From the IMG/VR virus record IMGVR_UViG_2541047498_000013: a stretch of 7,902 nt of DNA; one strand, 5' to 3'. Origin of the DNA: a virus (taxonomy: Duplodnaviria > Heunggongvirae > Uroviricota > Caudoviricetes). Under the pieces are notes generated by a model that searched no databases, was not told the origin of the DNA, and saw nothing but the letters and a program-made list of their open reading frames with translations. How positions within the stretch are numbered: position 1 is the first letter of the stretch; every line of letters begins with the position of its first letter. The translations under genes were made by a program, and so were the position numbers. Shown here piece by piece: positions 1 to 6,032 of this stretch.

Positions 1-121
1 CGCCAGATTCGGTTTTAAACGTTTTGCTTTTGGTATACGTCATCGCGGTGAATGTACCGTCCTGGTTGGGAAACACGCCGTACACCAGAGATTCGTTGTT
101 GCCAAGATCGATAGTATCCAT
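1..121 (-). CDS. Small phage protein, 5' end only (first 40 codons in window; gene continues beyond the left edge); possibly YdfA/DUF1391-like
   Basis: Minus-strand ATG at 121..119 preceded by GAGG about 5 nt upstream; open frame to the window edge reading MDTIDLGNNESLVYGVFPNQDGTFTAMTYTKSKTFKTESG. Too short for the supplied ORF track. Family name is from memory of small Qin/Rac prophage proteins and is uncertain. Confidence 0.55.
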   Translation of the reverse strand, partial: MDTIDLGNNESLVYGVFPNQDGTFTAMTYTKSKTFKTESG

Positions 122-313
122 GTTGACCTCATTTCCCCTTAACGCCGGGTAGCGGAACAAAAACCTGCTGCATAGTTATTAAAGTTGAACCCTGCCGTCA
201 TGTTCATACGCCTCGGGCTGGCTACTTACCCCCTGACCACTGCTTGGTAACTCGAAGTATTGCCCGGCGTTCTGTGGGGCGGGGTGGGTGGTTGGTGTAT
301 GTAATCTACAATA

Positions 314-341
314 AAAAACTGTTTTTGTGTCAACAGTTTTT
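314..341. promoter_or_regulatory. Palindromic operator-like site (left operator candidate): AAAAACTGTT-N8-AACAGTTTTT
   Basis: Perfect 10-bp inverted repeat read directly. The 16-mer ACAATAAAAAACTGTT at 308..323 is repeated exactly at 1343..1358. A TTGACA hexamer (minus strand, 333..328) lies inside the palindrome. Confidence 0.6.
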
Positions 342-354
342 AATTGTTGTTTTG

Positions 355-381
355 GGCAAAAAAATCCCTCGAAAGAGGGAG
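355..381 (-). terminator. Candidate Rho-independent terminator downstream of the ParE-like gene (minus strand)
   Basis: On the minus strand: stem TCCCTC / GAGGGA (365..370 pairs with 375..380), 4-nt loop, then a run of 7-8 T (plus-strand A run 357..364), starting 18 nt after the toxin stop codon. The stem is short (6 bp), so strength is uncertain. Confidence 0.5.
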
Positions 382-398
382 TATGAAAATTGTTCAAC

Positions 399-686
399 TC
401 AGATAGAGAAGGGAAATTGTCGCCGAGAATGTGTCACGCTTACAATCTCAATGCTTGAAGCAGCTACTCTGTACAGGATTATGTAGTTAGGGTGGGTCAC
501 GATCTCTCTCAATCCAGAAACCCGTTCGCTTGGTGGATATAAGTACGGATGCTCAGATAGAGGTAATACCGATGTTTCAATGCGTATTTTTAGTCTACGT
601 GCTGCCGGTGGGTTCTCCTTGGCGATGTAAGTTATGATCTGGCGCAAATCATCGCGAGCAGACGGTAGCCATAAAATGGGTAACAT
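399..686 (-). CDS. parE: Type II toxin, RelE/ParE superfamily (ParE2-like, gyrase-poisoning family)
   Basis: 95-aa ORF beginning MLPILWLPSARDDL and containing LPLSEHPYLYPPSERVSGLREIVTHPNYIILYRV, which I recognise as ParE-family motifs. Its ATG overlaps the upstream antitoxin stop by 1 nt (TAATG), the typical toxin-antitoxin coupling. Confidence 0.8.
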   Translation of the reverse strand: MLPILWLPSARDDLRQIITYIAKENPPAARRLKIRIETSVLPLSEHPYLYPPSERVSGLREIVTHPNYIILYRVAASSIEIVSVTHSRRQFPFSI

Positions 687-877
687 TACTCGCTCTTGTT
701 AGTTACAGCAATTTGAGCAATAAGATTTTCCATTTCAGCCATTACCTCGTCATGTGGAATTGCGGGGCGAGTGTCTGCAAGGCTTGACGTTACTTTAGTG
801 CGCAACCATTCGTTGTAACTGTTTTCTTGTTCGGTAGTTTCGAATTCTGAAACTATCGGAGAAAGGGCTGTACCCAT
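686..877 (-). CDS. paaA2: Type II antitoxin, PaaA2-like (small antitoxin partner of ParE2-type toxins)
   Basis: 63-aa ORF with SPIVSEFETTEQENSYNEWLRTKVTSSLADTRPAIPHDEV, recalled as closely resembling the 63-aa PaaA2 antitoxin. AGAGGAG Shine-Dalgarno 7 nt upstream of the ATG; sits immediately upstream of and overlapping the toxin. Confidence 0.75.
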   Translation of the reverse strand: MGTALSPIVSEFETTEQENSYNEWLRTKVTSSLADTRPAIPHDEVMAEMENLIAQIAVTNKSE

Positions 878-904
878 GGCATAACTCCTCTTCTTGTACT
901 GTGG

Positions 905-1306
905 TCACGCCCGGCGGCTTTTTTGTGCCGCCAGCCACCTAGCAATGGTTTCTTCCATTGATTTTTTCTTGTCTTTGATTTCTTGAAGCATTTTTTCTTG
1001 GTCTTCCTCAGGAAACGCACTAAAAGCTTGGAGCAGTTCGCGTTGGCGAGGACCAATTTTCATCGTGTCAGGGGTGAAAATTTGCTCACACTCTTCAGGA
1101 GGCAATAAAAACCAATGCAATGGATGCCCTGAAACCTCAACCAGTTTATCCAAACTTGAGGCTTTAGGTGTAGCCTTACCGCTGACCCATTGTTGAACAG
1201 TTTGTTGTGTCACACCAATTCTACGGGCAAGCTCAGCCTGGCTCCATCCAGTTTCCTGAAGAAGCTTGCTGATTCTGTACATAGATACTTCTAGGGCGCT
1301 CATCAT
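905..1306 (-). CDS. paaR2: XRE-family HTH transcriptional regulator, CI-like prophage repressor / PaaR2-like regulator of the toxin-antitoxin operon; no LexA-type peptidase domain seen
   Basis: 133-aa ORF with HTH motif WSQAELARRIGVTQQTVQQWVSGK; no GDSM-type S24 protease motif in the C-terminal half. First gene of a leftward three-gene cluster, divergent from the Cro-like gene. Start uncertain: ATG at 1306 has no Shine-Dalgarno (possibly leaderless); in-frame ATG at 1282 would give MYRISKLL. Confidence 0.75.
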   Translation of the reverse strand: MMSALEVSMYRISKLLQETGWSQAELARRIGVTQQTVQQWVSGKATPKASSLDKLVEVSGHPLHWFLLPPEECEQIFTPDTMKIGPRQRELLQAFSAFPEEDQEKMLQEIKDKKKSMEETIARWLAAQKSRRA

Positions 1307-1347
1307 TATTCAATTTTACAGGTAAATACTGTTAAAAGCATCACAAT

Positions 1348-1376
1348 AAAAAACTGTTGATTGCATACAGTTTTTT
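1348..1376. promoter_or_regulatory. Palindromic operator-like site (right operator candidate) in the divergent regulator / Cro-like intergenic region: AAAAAACTGT-N9-ACAGTTTTTT
   Basis: Perfect 10-bp inverted repeat sharing an exact 16-mer with the 308..341 site. Lies in the 108-bp gap between divergent regulator genes, where a lambdoid right operator would sit; a TTGATT -35-like hexamer is at 1358..1363. Confidence 0.6.
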
Positions 1377-1414
1377 ATTGTAGGCTTTGCTTATAGTTTT
1401 TAGAGGAGGGCAAA

Positions 1415-1687
1415 ATGCTAGATAGCACTCGCGAAAAAATTAGGCAGAAATACACTCAGGCTGAAATAGGTCGTTATATGGGGGTCGCTCAACAGACTGT
1501 TTGGCAATGGTTTAGCTTTGGCGTTCCCCCAAAGCAGGTAATTCCGTTATGCCAACTAATGAAGTGGGAAGTTACCCCGCATGAAATCCGCCCAGATATT
1601 TATCCTAACCCAACCGACGGTTTACCTGTTGGATGTAAGGTTAACACATCAAATGCGCCGGAGTTGATTCATGAAAATCAAGCATGA
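1415..1687 (+). CDS. ydaS: Cro-like HTH regulator (YdaS-family)
   Basis: 90-aa ORF with AGAGGAGGG Shine-Dalgarno 4-5 nt upstream; HTH segment QAEIGRYMGVAQQTVWQWF; divergent from the CI-like gene and overlapping the YdaT-like gene by 17 nt. Symbol by analogy to the Rac prophage locus, not by verified identity. Confidence 0.7.
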   Translation: MLDSTREKIRQKYTQAEIGRYMGVAQQTVWQWFSFGVPPKQVIPLCQLMKWEVTPHEIRPDIYPNPTDGLPVGCKVNTSNAPELIHENQA

Positions 1688-2096
1688 ACACATCCGCATG
1701 GCGATGAATGCCTGGGCGCATCCGGACGGCGAAAAAGTACCGGCTGCGAAAATTACCAAAGCGTATTTCGAGCTGGGAATGACGTTCCCGGAACTGTATG
1801 ACGACAGCCATCCGGAAGCCATGGCTCGCAATACTCAGAAAATTTTCCGCTGGGTGGAGAAAGACACTCCTGATGCGGTTAAAAAAATTCAGGCGTTGTT
1901 ACCAGCGATCGAAAAAGCGATGCCGCCTCCGCTGGTGGCCCGAATGCGCAGCCACAGTTCCGCTTATTTTCGGGAGTTGGTAGAGACGAAGGAACGGCTG
2001 GTGAAAGATATTGATGATTTCGTTGCATCAGCGATCGTTCTGTTCGATCAGATGAATCGTGGTGGCCCGGCAGGAAACACTCTGGCTGTGCATTAA
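1671..2096 (+). CDS. ydaT: YdaT-family protein (CII-like regulator; historically annotated as a putative toxin)
   Basis: 141-aa ORF beginning MKIKHEHIRMAMNAWAHPDGEKVPAAKITKAYFELGMTFPELYDDSHPEA, which I recognise as near-identical in pattern to Rac prophage YdaT. Position directly downstream of the Cro-like gene matches. Confidence 0.8.
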   Translation: MKIKHEHIRMAMNAWAHPDGEKVPAAKITKAYFELGMTFPELYDDSHPEAMARNTQKIFRWVEKDTPDAVKKIQALLPAIEKAMPPPLVARMRSHSSAYFRELVETKERLVKDIDDFVASAIVLFDQMNRGGPAGNTLAVH

Positions 2097-2109
2097 TTGG
2101 GTAATAAAT

Positions 2110-2619
2110 ATGAGTAATGACAAAAAATTGACACTGAGCGTTTACGAAAACAGTCCGCACATCTGGCGTGGCGGTTTATCTGATGTGGAGCTGGCAGAGT
2201 GGTTGATACATAAAGCTAATGCGCTGCTCTGGCGTTTGTCAGCCAGAGAACAGCGCAAGGAAACCAGAATAAAGCTGGCTGATGCAGAAGCGTGTGCCGG
2301 GCTTATTGAGGATTATACAAATCTTGGTATTTCTTCAGCAGAGAGTGATCCCATTCAGCCTCTGAGCAGGGAGTCAATCCAGCACGCTGGTTGTATGGCA
2401 CATCTTGTAACTGCTCGTCAACATGAGGTGGGTATTGGATCACTTCCGGCGGGATATTCGCTGATTCCAGAGCTGGTTGAAGCAAGAAAATCAGTTCAGA
2501 AAAAGAGAGATGACGCACTTCAATTATTGAGAGAGCACTATGGCGCGATACCAGAATGCGAACAGCGTCGATACCCTGAAGGTTATGAATGGATGCAGTC
2601 TCTTTTTGAAGTTCGCTAA
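2110..2619 (+). CDS. Hypothetical phage protein (169 aa from ATG 2110; the ORF is open from 2059)
   Basis: Long ORF in the same orientation as the flanking early genes. Start chosen at MSNDKKLTL (ATG 2110), 14 nt after the ydaT stop; no strong Shine-Dalgarno. No family recognised. Confidence 0.55.
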   Translation: MSNDKKLTLSVYENSPHIWRGGLSDVELAEWLIHKANALLWRLSAREQRKETRIKLADAEACAGLIEDYTNLGISSAESDPIQPLSRESIQHAGCMAHLVTARQHEVGIGSLPAGYSLIPELVEARKSVQKKRDDALQLLREHYGAIPECEQRRYPEGYEWMQSLFEVR

Positions 2620-2836
2620 TCAATATGTCGAGACGAAGGTATGTTTCGGCGCGCAGCCAGGCTCTGTAATCCGGGAGCATTTCGGGGCTGTTACACCAGC
2701 GGTTTGTTGCTGCAACATTTAATACATGAGCCTGATAAAGGCTTTTCAAAAAATACATGTCGAACCTCCTCTGGTTCTGTCGATTGGGAACCACAGATTA
2801 TATCCGGAGGAAGGTTCGGCACCAGATGAGGTAGCC

Positions 2837-3928
2837 ATGCGTGATTACGCAAAAGTTTCTCCGCGATTCTGGCTGGGAGAAACGGGGAGAGAACTTAGAA
2901 AGGCGGGTGCAGAAGCGCAAGTTGTTGCTTTTTACCTGATGACATCCCCTCACGCAAATATGCTGGGTTTGTATTACCTGCCAGTTTTATACCTTGCTCA
3001 TGAAACCGGGCTTGGTCTGGAAGGGGCTTCAAAGGGGCTTAAAAGGGCTGTTGAAGCTGGTTTTTGTAGCTATGACCATGATGCAGAGATGGTCTGGGTC
3101 CATGAAATGGCAGCCTGGCAGGTTGGGGAAACGTTGAAGCCTGGCGATAACCGTTGTGCAGGTGTCAGGAATGAGTATGCATCATTACCTGAAAACGCTT
3201 TTCTGTCAGTGTTTTACGACAGATATAAAACGGATTTCCATCTGGATGTGAGGCGGAATAATAGCCGAAATTCGGTAAGGGGCTTCGAAGGGGCTTTTAA
3301 GGGGCTTCGAAGCCAAGAACAGGAACAGGAGCAGGAGAAAGAACAGGAACAGGACAAAAACACTATGGTTCATGGCAAAAAAAACACCACGAACCAGGCA
3401 GGGGATGTTCAGACCGTCAATCCTGGTCAGCCAGCAGGCACGACACCGGAAGCCGATTCGGGCGCTGTGCAGCAGGTGATGACCGCAGGGTCGGAGCAAT
3501 CACACCAACTGCAGCAGCCTGAAGCCGATTCCGCCATTCAGCGGGAAGCCGATCGGGTAGTCCCGGAAAGCACCGGGCAGTCTGTGGGACGAGTGGATTA
3601 TCCGGATGTGTTCGAACAGGTCTGGCGGGAATACCCGTTGCGTGCTGGGGCAAACCCGAAGAAATCCGCTTTCAGTGCCTGGAAGGCCAGATTGCGCGAG
3701 GGGGTGCCACCAGAGACCATGCTGGATGGTGTGAGGCGTTACGCGAGATACCTGGCGGCGACCGGGAAAGCGGGAACGGAATTTGTTCAGCGAGCGACGA
3801 CGTTTTTTGGGCCGGACCGGAATTTTGAAAACCCCTGGTTGCTCCCGGTAAGCGGCACGAACAACCAGCGTTGTGTGAATCATATTTCTGAACCGGATAC
3901 CGAAATTCCGCCGGGATTCAGGGGGTGA
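2837..3928 (+). CDS. Phage replication initiation protein (lambda O-like / Rac YdaU-like role), with internal repeats and a QEQEQE low-complexity linker
   Basis: Long ORF immediately upstream of the DnaC-like loader gene. Start taken at ATG 2837 (MRDYAKVSPRFWLGETGREL) with GAGG 5 nt upstream; the ORF is open from ATG 2726 but that codon has no Shine-Dalgarno. Internal AAGGGGCTT repeats and A-rich tract are consistent with an origin embedded in an initiator gene. Confidence 0.65.
   Translation: MRDYAKVSPRFWLGETGRELRKAGAEAQVVAFYLMTSPHANMLGLYYLPVLYLAHETGLGLEGASKGLKRAVEAGFCSYDHDAEMVWVHEMAAWQVGETLKPGDNRCAGVRNEYASLPENAFLSVFYDRYKTDFHLDVRRNNSRNSVRGFEGAFKGLRSQEQEQEQEKEQEQDKNTMVHGKKNTTNQAGDVQTVNPGQPAGTTPEADSGAVQQVMTAGSEQSHQLQQPEADSAIQREADRVVPESTGQSVGRVDYPDVFEQVWREYPLRAGANPKKSAFSAWKARLREGVPPETMLDGVRRYARYLAATGKAGTEFVQRATTFFGPDRNFENPWLLPVSGTNNQRCVNHISEPDTEIPPGFRG
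3021..3049. repeat. Iteron-like direct repeats, cluster 1: AAGGGGCTT x2 plus AAGGGCT at 11-bp phasing
   Basis: Copies start at 3021, 3032 and 3043 (read directly); they encode the GLEGASKGLKRA segment of the initiator. Confidence 0.5.
3277..3308. repeat. Iteron-like direct repeats, cluster 2: AAGGGGCTT x3 at exact 11-bp phasing
   Basis: Copies at 3277..3286, 3288..3296 and 3299..3308, immediately followed by a GAACAG-type hexanucleotide repeat and an A-rich tract. Confidence 0.55.
3316..3355. repeat. Imperfect hexanucleotide tandem repeat (GAACAG/GAGCAG units) encoding QEQEQEQEKEQEQ
   Basis: AGAACAGGAACAGGAGCAGGAGAAAGAACAGGAACAGGAC read directly; followed by an A-rich stretch to about 3390. 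Confidence 0.6.
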
Positions 3929-3934
3929 TGTGGC

Positions 3935-4681
3935 ATGAAAAACATTGCGGCAGCCGGGGTTCTTGAACGTATTCGCAGACTTGCACCACAGGCGTCGGTT
4001 CCACCGTACCGGACGGTGGAGGAGTGGCGGGAATGGCAACTTGCTGAAGGACGAAAACGCAGCGAGGAGATTAACCGCCAGAATCACCAGTTGCGGGTGG
4101 AAAAAATCCTGAATCGTTCGGGCATCCAGCCTCTGCACAGCAAATGCTCGTTTGCGAATTATCAGGTGCAGAACGACGGGCAAAAATACGCGCTGAGCCA
4201 GGCCAAATCCATAGCTGACGAACTGATGACCGGGTGCACGAATTTTGTGTTCAGCGGTAAAACCGGCACCGGGAAAAATCACCTTGCAGCGGCGATGGGT
4301 AACCGGCTGATGGCGAAGGGGCGCAGCGTGATTATCGTCACCGTGTCTGATGTCATGAGCGTGTTGCATGACAGCTACGACAACGGCAAATCCGGGGAAA
4401 AATTTTTACAGGAGCTTTGCAGTGTTGATTTGCTGGTCCTGGATGAAATAGGCGTTCAGCGGGAGACGAAAAACGAGCAGGTGGTATTACACCAGATAAT
4501 TGATCGCCGGACAGCATCACTGTGCAGTGTCGGGATGTTAACAAACCTGAATCATGCCGCAATGAGTACACTTCTTGGTGAGAGGATTATGGACCGCATG
4601 ACCATGAACGGTGGTCGATGGGTGACGTTTAACTGGGATAGCTGGCGTCCAAATGTCAGCAATATGAGGGTTGTGAAGTAA
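3935..4681 (+). CDS. DnaC-like replicative helicase loader (AAA+ ATPase; Rac YdaV-like)
   Basis: 248-aa ORF with Walker A GKTGTGKNHLAAA and Walker B LLVLDEIG, and overall DnaC-like layout. GGGGGTGATG Shine-Dalgarno-like sequence upstream; starts 7 nt after the initiator stop. Confidence 0.85.
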   Translation: MKNIAAAGVLERIRRLAPQASVPPYRTVEEWREWQLAEGRKRSEEINRQNHQLRVEKILNRSGIQPLHSKCSFANYQVQNDGQKYALSQAKSIADELMTGCTNFVFSGKTGTGKNHLAAAMGNRLMAKGRSVIIVTVSDVMSVLHDSYDNGKSGEKFLQELCSVDLLVLDEIGVQRETKNEQVVLHQIIDRRTASLCSVGMLTNLNHAAMSTLLGERIMDRMTMNGGRWVTFNWDSWRPNVSNMRVVK

Positions 4682-4702
4682 TTTTGTCCGGAGGAAATTT
4701 TA

Positions 4703-5419
4703 ATGGAAACCGTATCTGACGCACTGAAAGCACTGAAAAGAGCCTCTTCACATGTGGTGGCAGCTCGCCTTGGAATTAGTCGTGAAGAGGCTGTCAACGA
4801 ACTGTGGAAACTGAAACGCCGTGGAGAAGCGGATAACAAGGGGGCGATATGGTGGCTGACTCAGGCTGGTGAAAGTGAACCGGTGTCACCGGTACCGAAA
4901 GTGACGGCGCAAATGCTGACAGAGGCGATTGAACAACATGGCCCACAAACGGCGGATGAACTGGCATTGATGTTCGGAATTACCTCCCGCCGGGCGAATT
5001 CATCGCTGGCAATGGCAATCAGCAAAGGGTGTCTGATTCGCGTGAATCAGGATGGTAAATTTCGTTACTGCATACCGGGCGTTGATTTACCGGCAGAGCC
5101 GAAAGCAGCATCCGTAGCTGAAACGGAGGGTAAAGCCCTTCCTCAGCCAGCTGGTGTTGCGTTACCAGTCCAGGAAACGGCTGCACAGGAAGAAATTAAA
5201 ACAGAAGCGGTGGAGGACATTGTGAAGTTGCAGCAATCGTTCACTGAAGCGAAAGCAGATGACCTGATTCTACCATCGCTGCATGTGGCTAACCGCGAGC
5301 TGCGCCGGGCGAAAAGTAATGTTCAGAAGTGGGAGCGAGTCTGTGCTGCGCTACGGGAACTGAACAAACACAGGGATATTCTCCGGGATATTACCGCCAC
5401 CAGAGAGCAGCAGCGGTGA
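4703..5419 (+). CDS. Hypothetical phage protein with two predicted winged-helix-like segments and a C-terminal coiled-coil-like region (possibly DUF1627-like)
   Basis: 238-aa ORF with GGAGG Shine-Dalgarno 7-8 nt upstream. Segments [25 protein letters not shown] and [27 protein letters not shown] look like HTH / winged-helix motifs. The DUF name is from memory only. Confidence 0.6.
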   Translation: METVSDALKALKRASSHVVAARLGISREEAVNELWKLKRRGEADNKGAIWWLTQAGESEPVSPVPKVTAQMLTEAIEQHGPQTADELALMFGITSRRANSSLAMAISKGCLIRVNQDGKFRYCIPGVDLPAEPKAASVAETEGKALPQPAGVALPVQETAAQEEIKTEAVEDIVKLQQSFTEAKADDLILPSLHVANRELRRAKSNVQKWERVCAALRELNKHRDILRDITATREQQR

Positions 5420-5733
5420 GTGGCTGGAAGAAGTGGCGCTGGGCTGAAATCCTGATACTCCGGCAGTGTGCGGGAACGATGAGAGTCGAAAGCATCGGTT
5501 ATCTGATTGGCCGTAGTGAGTCAGCCGTCAGGACGAAAGCGCGGGAACTGGGTATCAGCATGATGTTACGGGGTGATTATCACCAGTCAGCCAAATGTTC
5601 ACAGCGTGATATTGAGCTGGCGTGGCAACTGCATCAGCGTGGTGTACCCCGACGGGAAATTGCCGAAAAGTTTGGGATGAAGTTGGGCGCAGTGAATAAC
5701 TACGTTTATTTCGACAGGAGGGTTCAGGAGTGA
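5416..5733 (+). CDS. Hypothetical small DNA-binding protein (two HTH-like segments)
   Basis: ORF open from 5329. Start placed at GTG 5416, which overlaps the upstream stop (GTGA) with a GAGAG Shine-Dalgarno-like sequence 8 nt upstream; ATG 5479 is an alternative. Contains [21 protein letters not shown] and [22 protein letters not shown]. Confidence 0.5.
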   Translation: MSGWKKWRWAEILILRQCAGTMRVESIGYLIGRSESAVRTKARELGISMMLRGDYHQSAKCSQRDIELAWQLHQRGVPRREIAEKFGMKLGAVNNYVYFDRRVQE

Positions 5734-6032
5734 GGGTGAGGGTTTATATCGCCGGTCCGATGACGGGATATGAAAATTTTAACCGCGAGGCATTTCACAA
5801 AACGGAAGAGGTGCTGAAACGGGAAGGGCATACCGTTTTAAACCCGGCAGTACTTCCGGACGGGCTGACTCAGCCACACTACATGGATATTTGCATGGCA
5901 ATGCTCCGTTGCGTGGATGCGGTTTACATGCTGAAAGGCTGGCAGCAGTCGGCAGGTGCAGGGGCTGAGCTGGCACTGGAGGAGAAACCGGGCCATGCGG
6001 TGATTTTTCAGGAGGTGGGCAGTGAATATTGA
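5730..6032 (+). CDS. DUF4406-like protein (nucleoside 2-deoxyribosyltransferase-like fold)
   Basis: 100-aa ORF beginning RVYIAGPMTGYENFN and continuing HTVLNPA...YMLKGWQQSAGAGAELALEE, which I recognise as the DUF4406 / NDT-like signature. GTG start overlaps the upstream stop (GTGA); GTG 5736 with AGGAG 5 nt upstream is an alternative start. Confidence 0.7.
   Translation: MRVRVYIAGPMTGYENFNREAFHKTEEVLKREGHTVLNPAVLPDGLTQPHYMDICMAMLRCVDAVYMLKGWQQSAGAGAELALEEKPGHAVIFQEVGSEY

Noticed and set aside
179-397. 72-aa minus-strand ORF spanning the left operator palindrome, the poly-A tract and the terminator hairpin
   Set aside because: It reads straight through regulatory elements (palindrome, hairpin plus T-tract), has no convincing Shine-Dalgarno and gives a low-complexity product; most likely a chance ORF in an intergenic control region.
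244-486. 80-aa plus-strand ORF overlapping the operator region and the 3' end of the ParE-like gene
   Set aside because: Antisense to the well-supported ParE-like gene and crossing the operator/terminator; no ribosome-binding site; product looks like low-complexity read-through.
853-1056. 67-aa minus-strand ORF in an alternative frame overlapping the regulator 3' end and the antitoxin start
   Set aside because: Overlaps two better-supported genes in the same orientation; basic low-complexity product (KKKCFKKSKTRK) typical of an out-of-frame artefact.
2303-2794. 163-aa minus-strand ORF overlapping the 3' end of the 169-aa gene and the spacer
   Set aside because: Mostly antisense to a co-oriented early gene, in an otherwise uniformly rightward operon, with no clear ribosome-binding site; kept only as a weak alternative for the 2620..2794 portion.
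3909-3920. 12-bp exact repeat CGCCGGGATTCA also present at 7869..7880, each just upstream of a gene start
   Set aside because: About one to two exact 12-mer matches are expected by chance in an 8-kb window; no palindromic or phased context, so not reported as a regulatory site.
3500-4369. 289-aa minus-strand ORF antisense to the initiator 3' end and the DnaC-like gene
   Set aside because: Lies entirely opposite two strongly supported genes (Walker A/B motifs on the plus strand). Long antisense ORFs are common in GC-rich coding DNA, and the product is Arg/Pro-rich with no motifs.
4552-4839. 95-aa minus-strand ORF spanning the DnaC-like / downstream gene junction
   Set aside because: Antisense to two well-supported plus-strand genes with their own Shine-Dalgarno sequences; no ribosome-binding site of its own.
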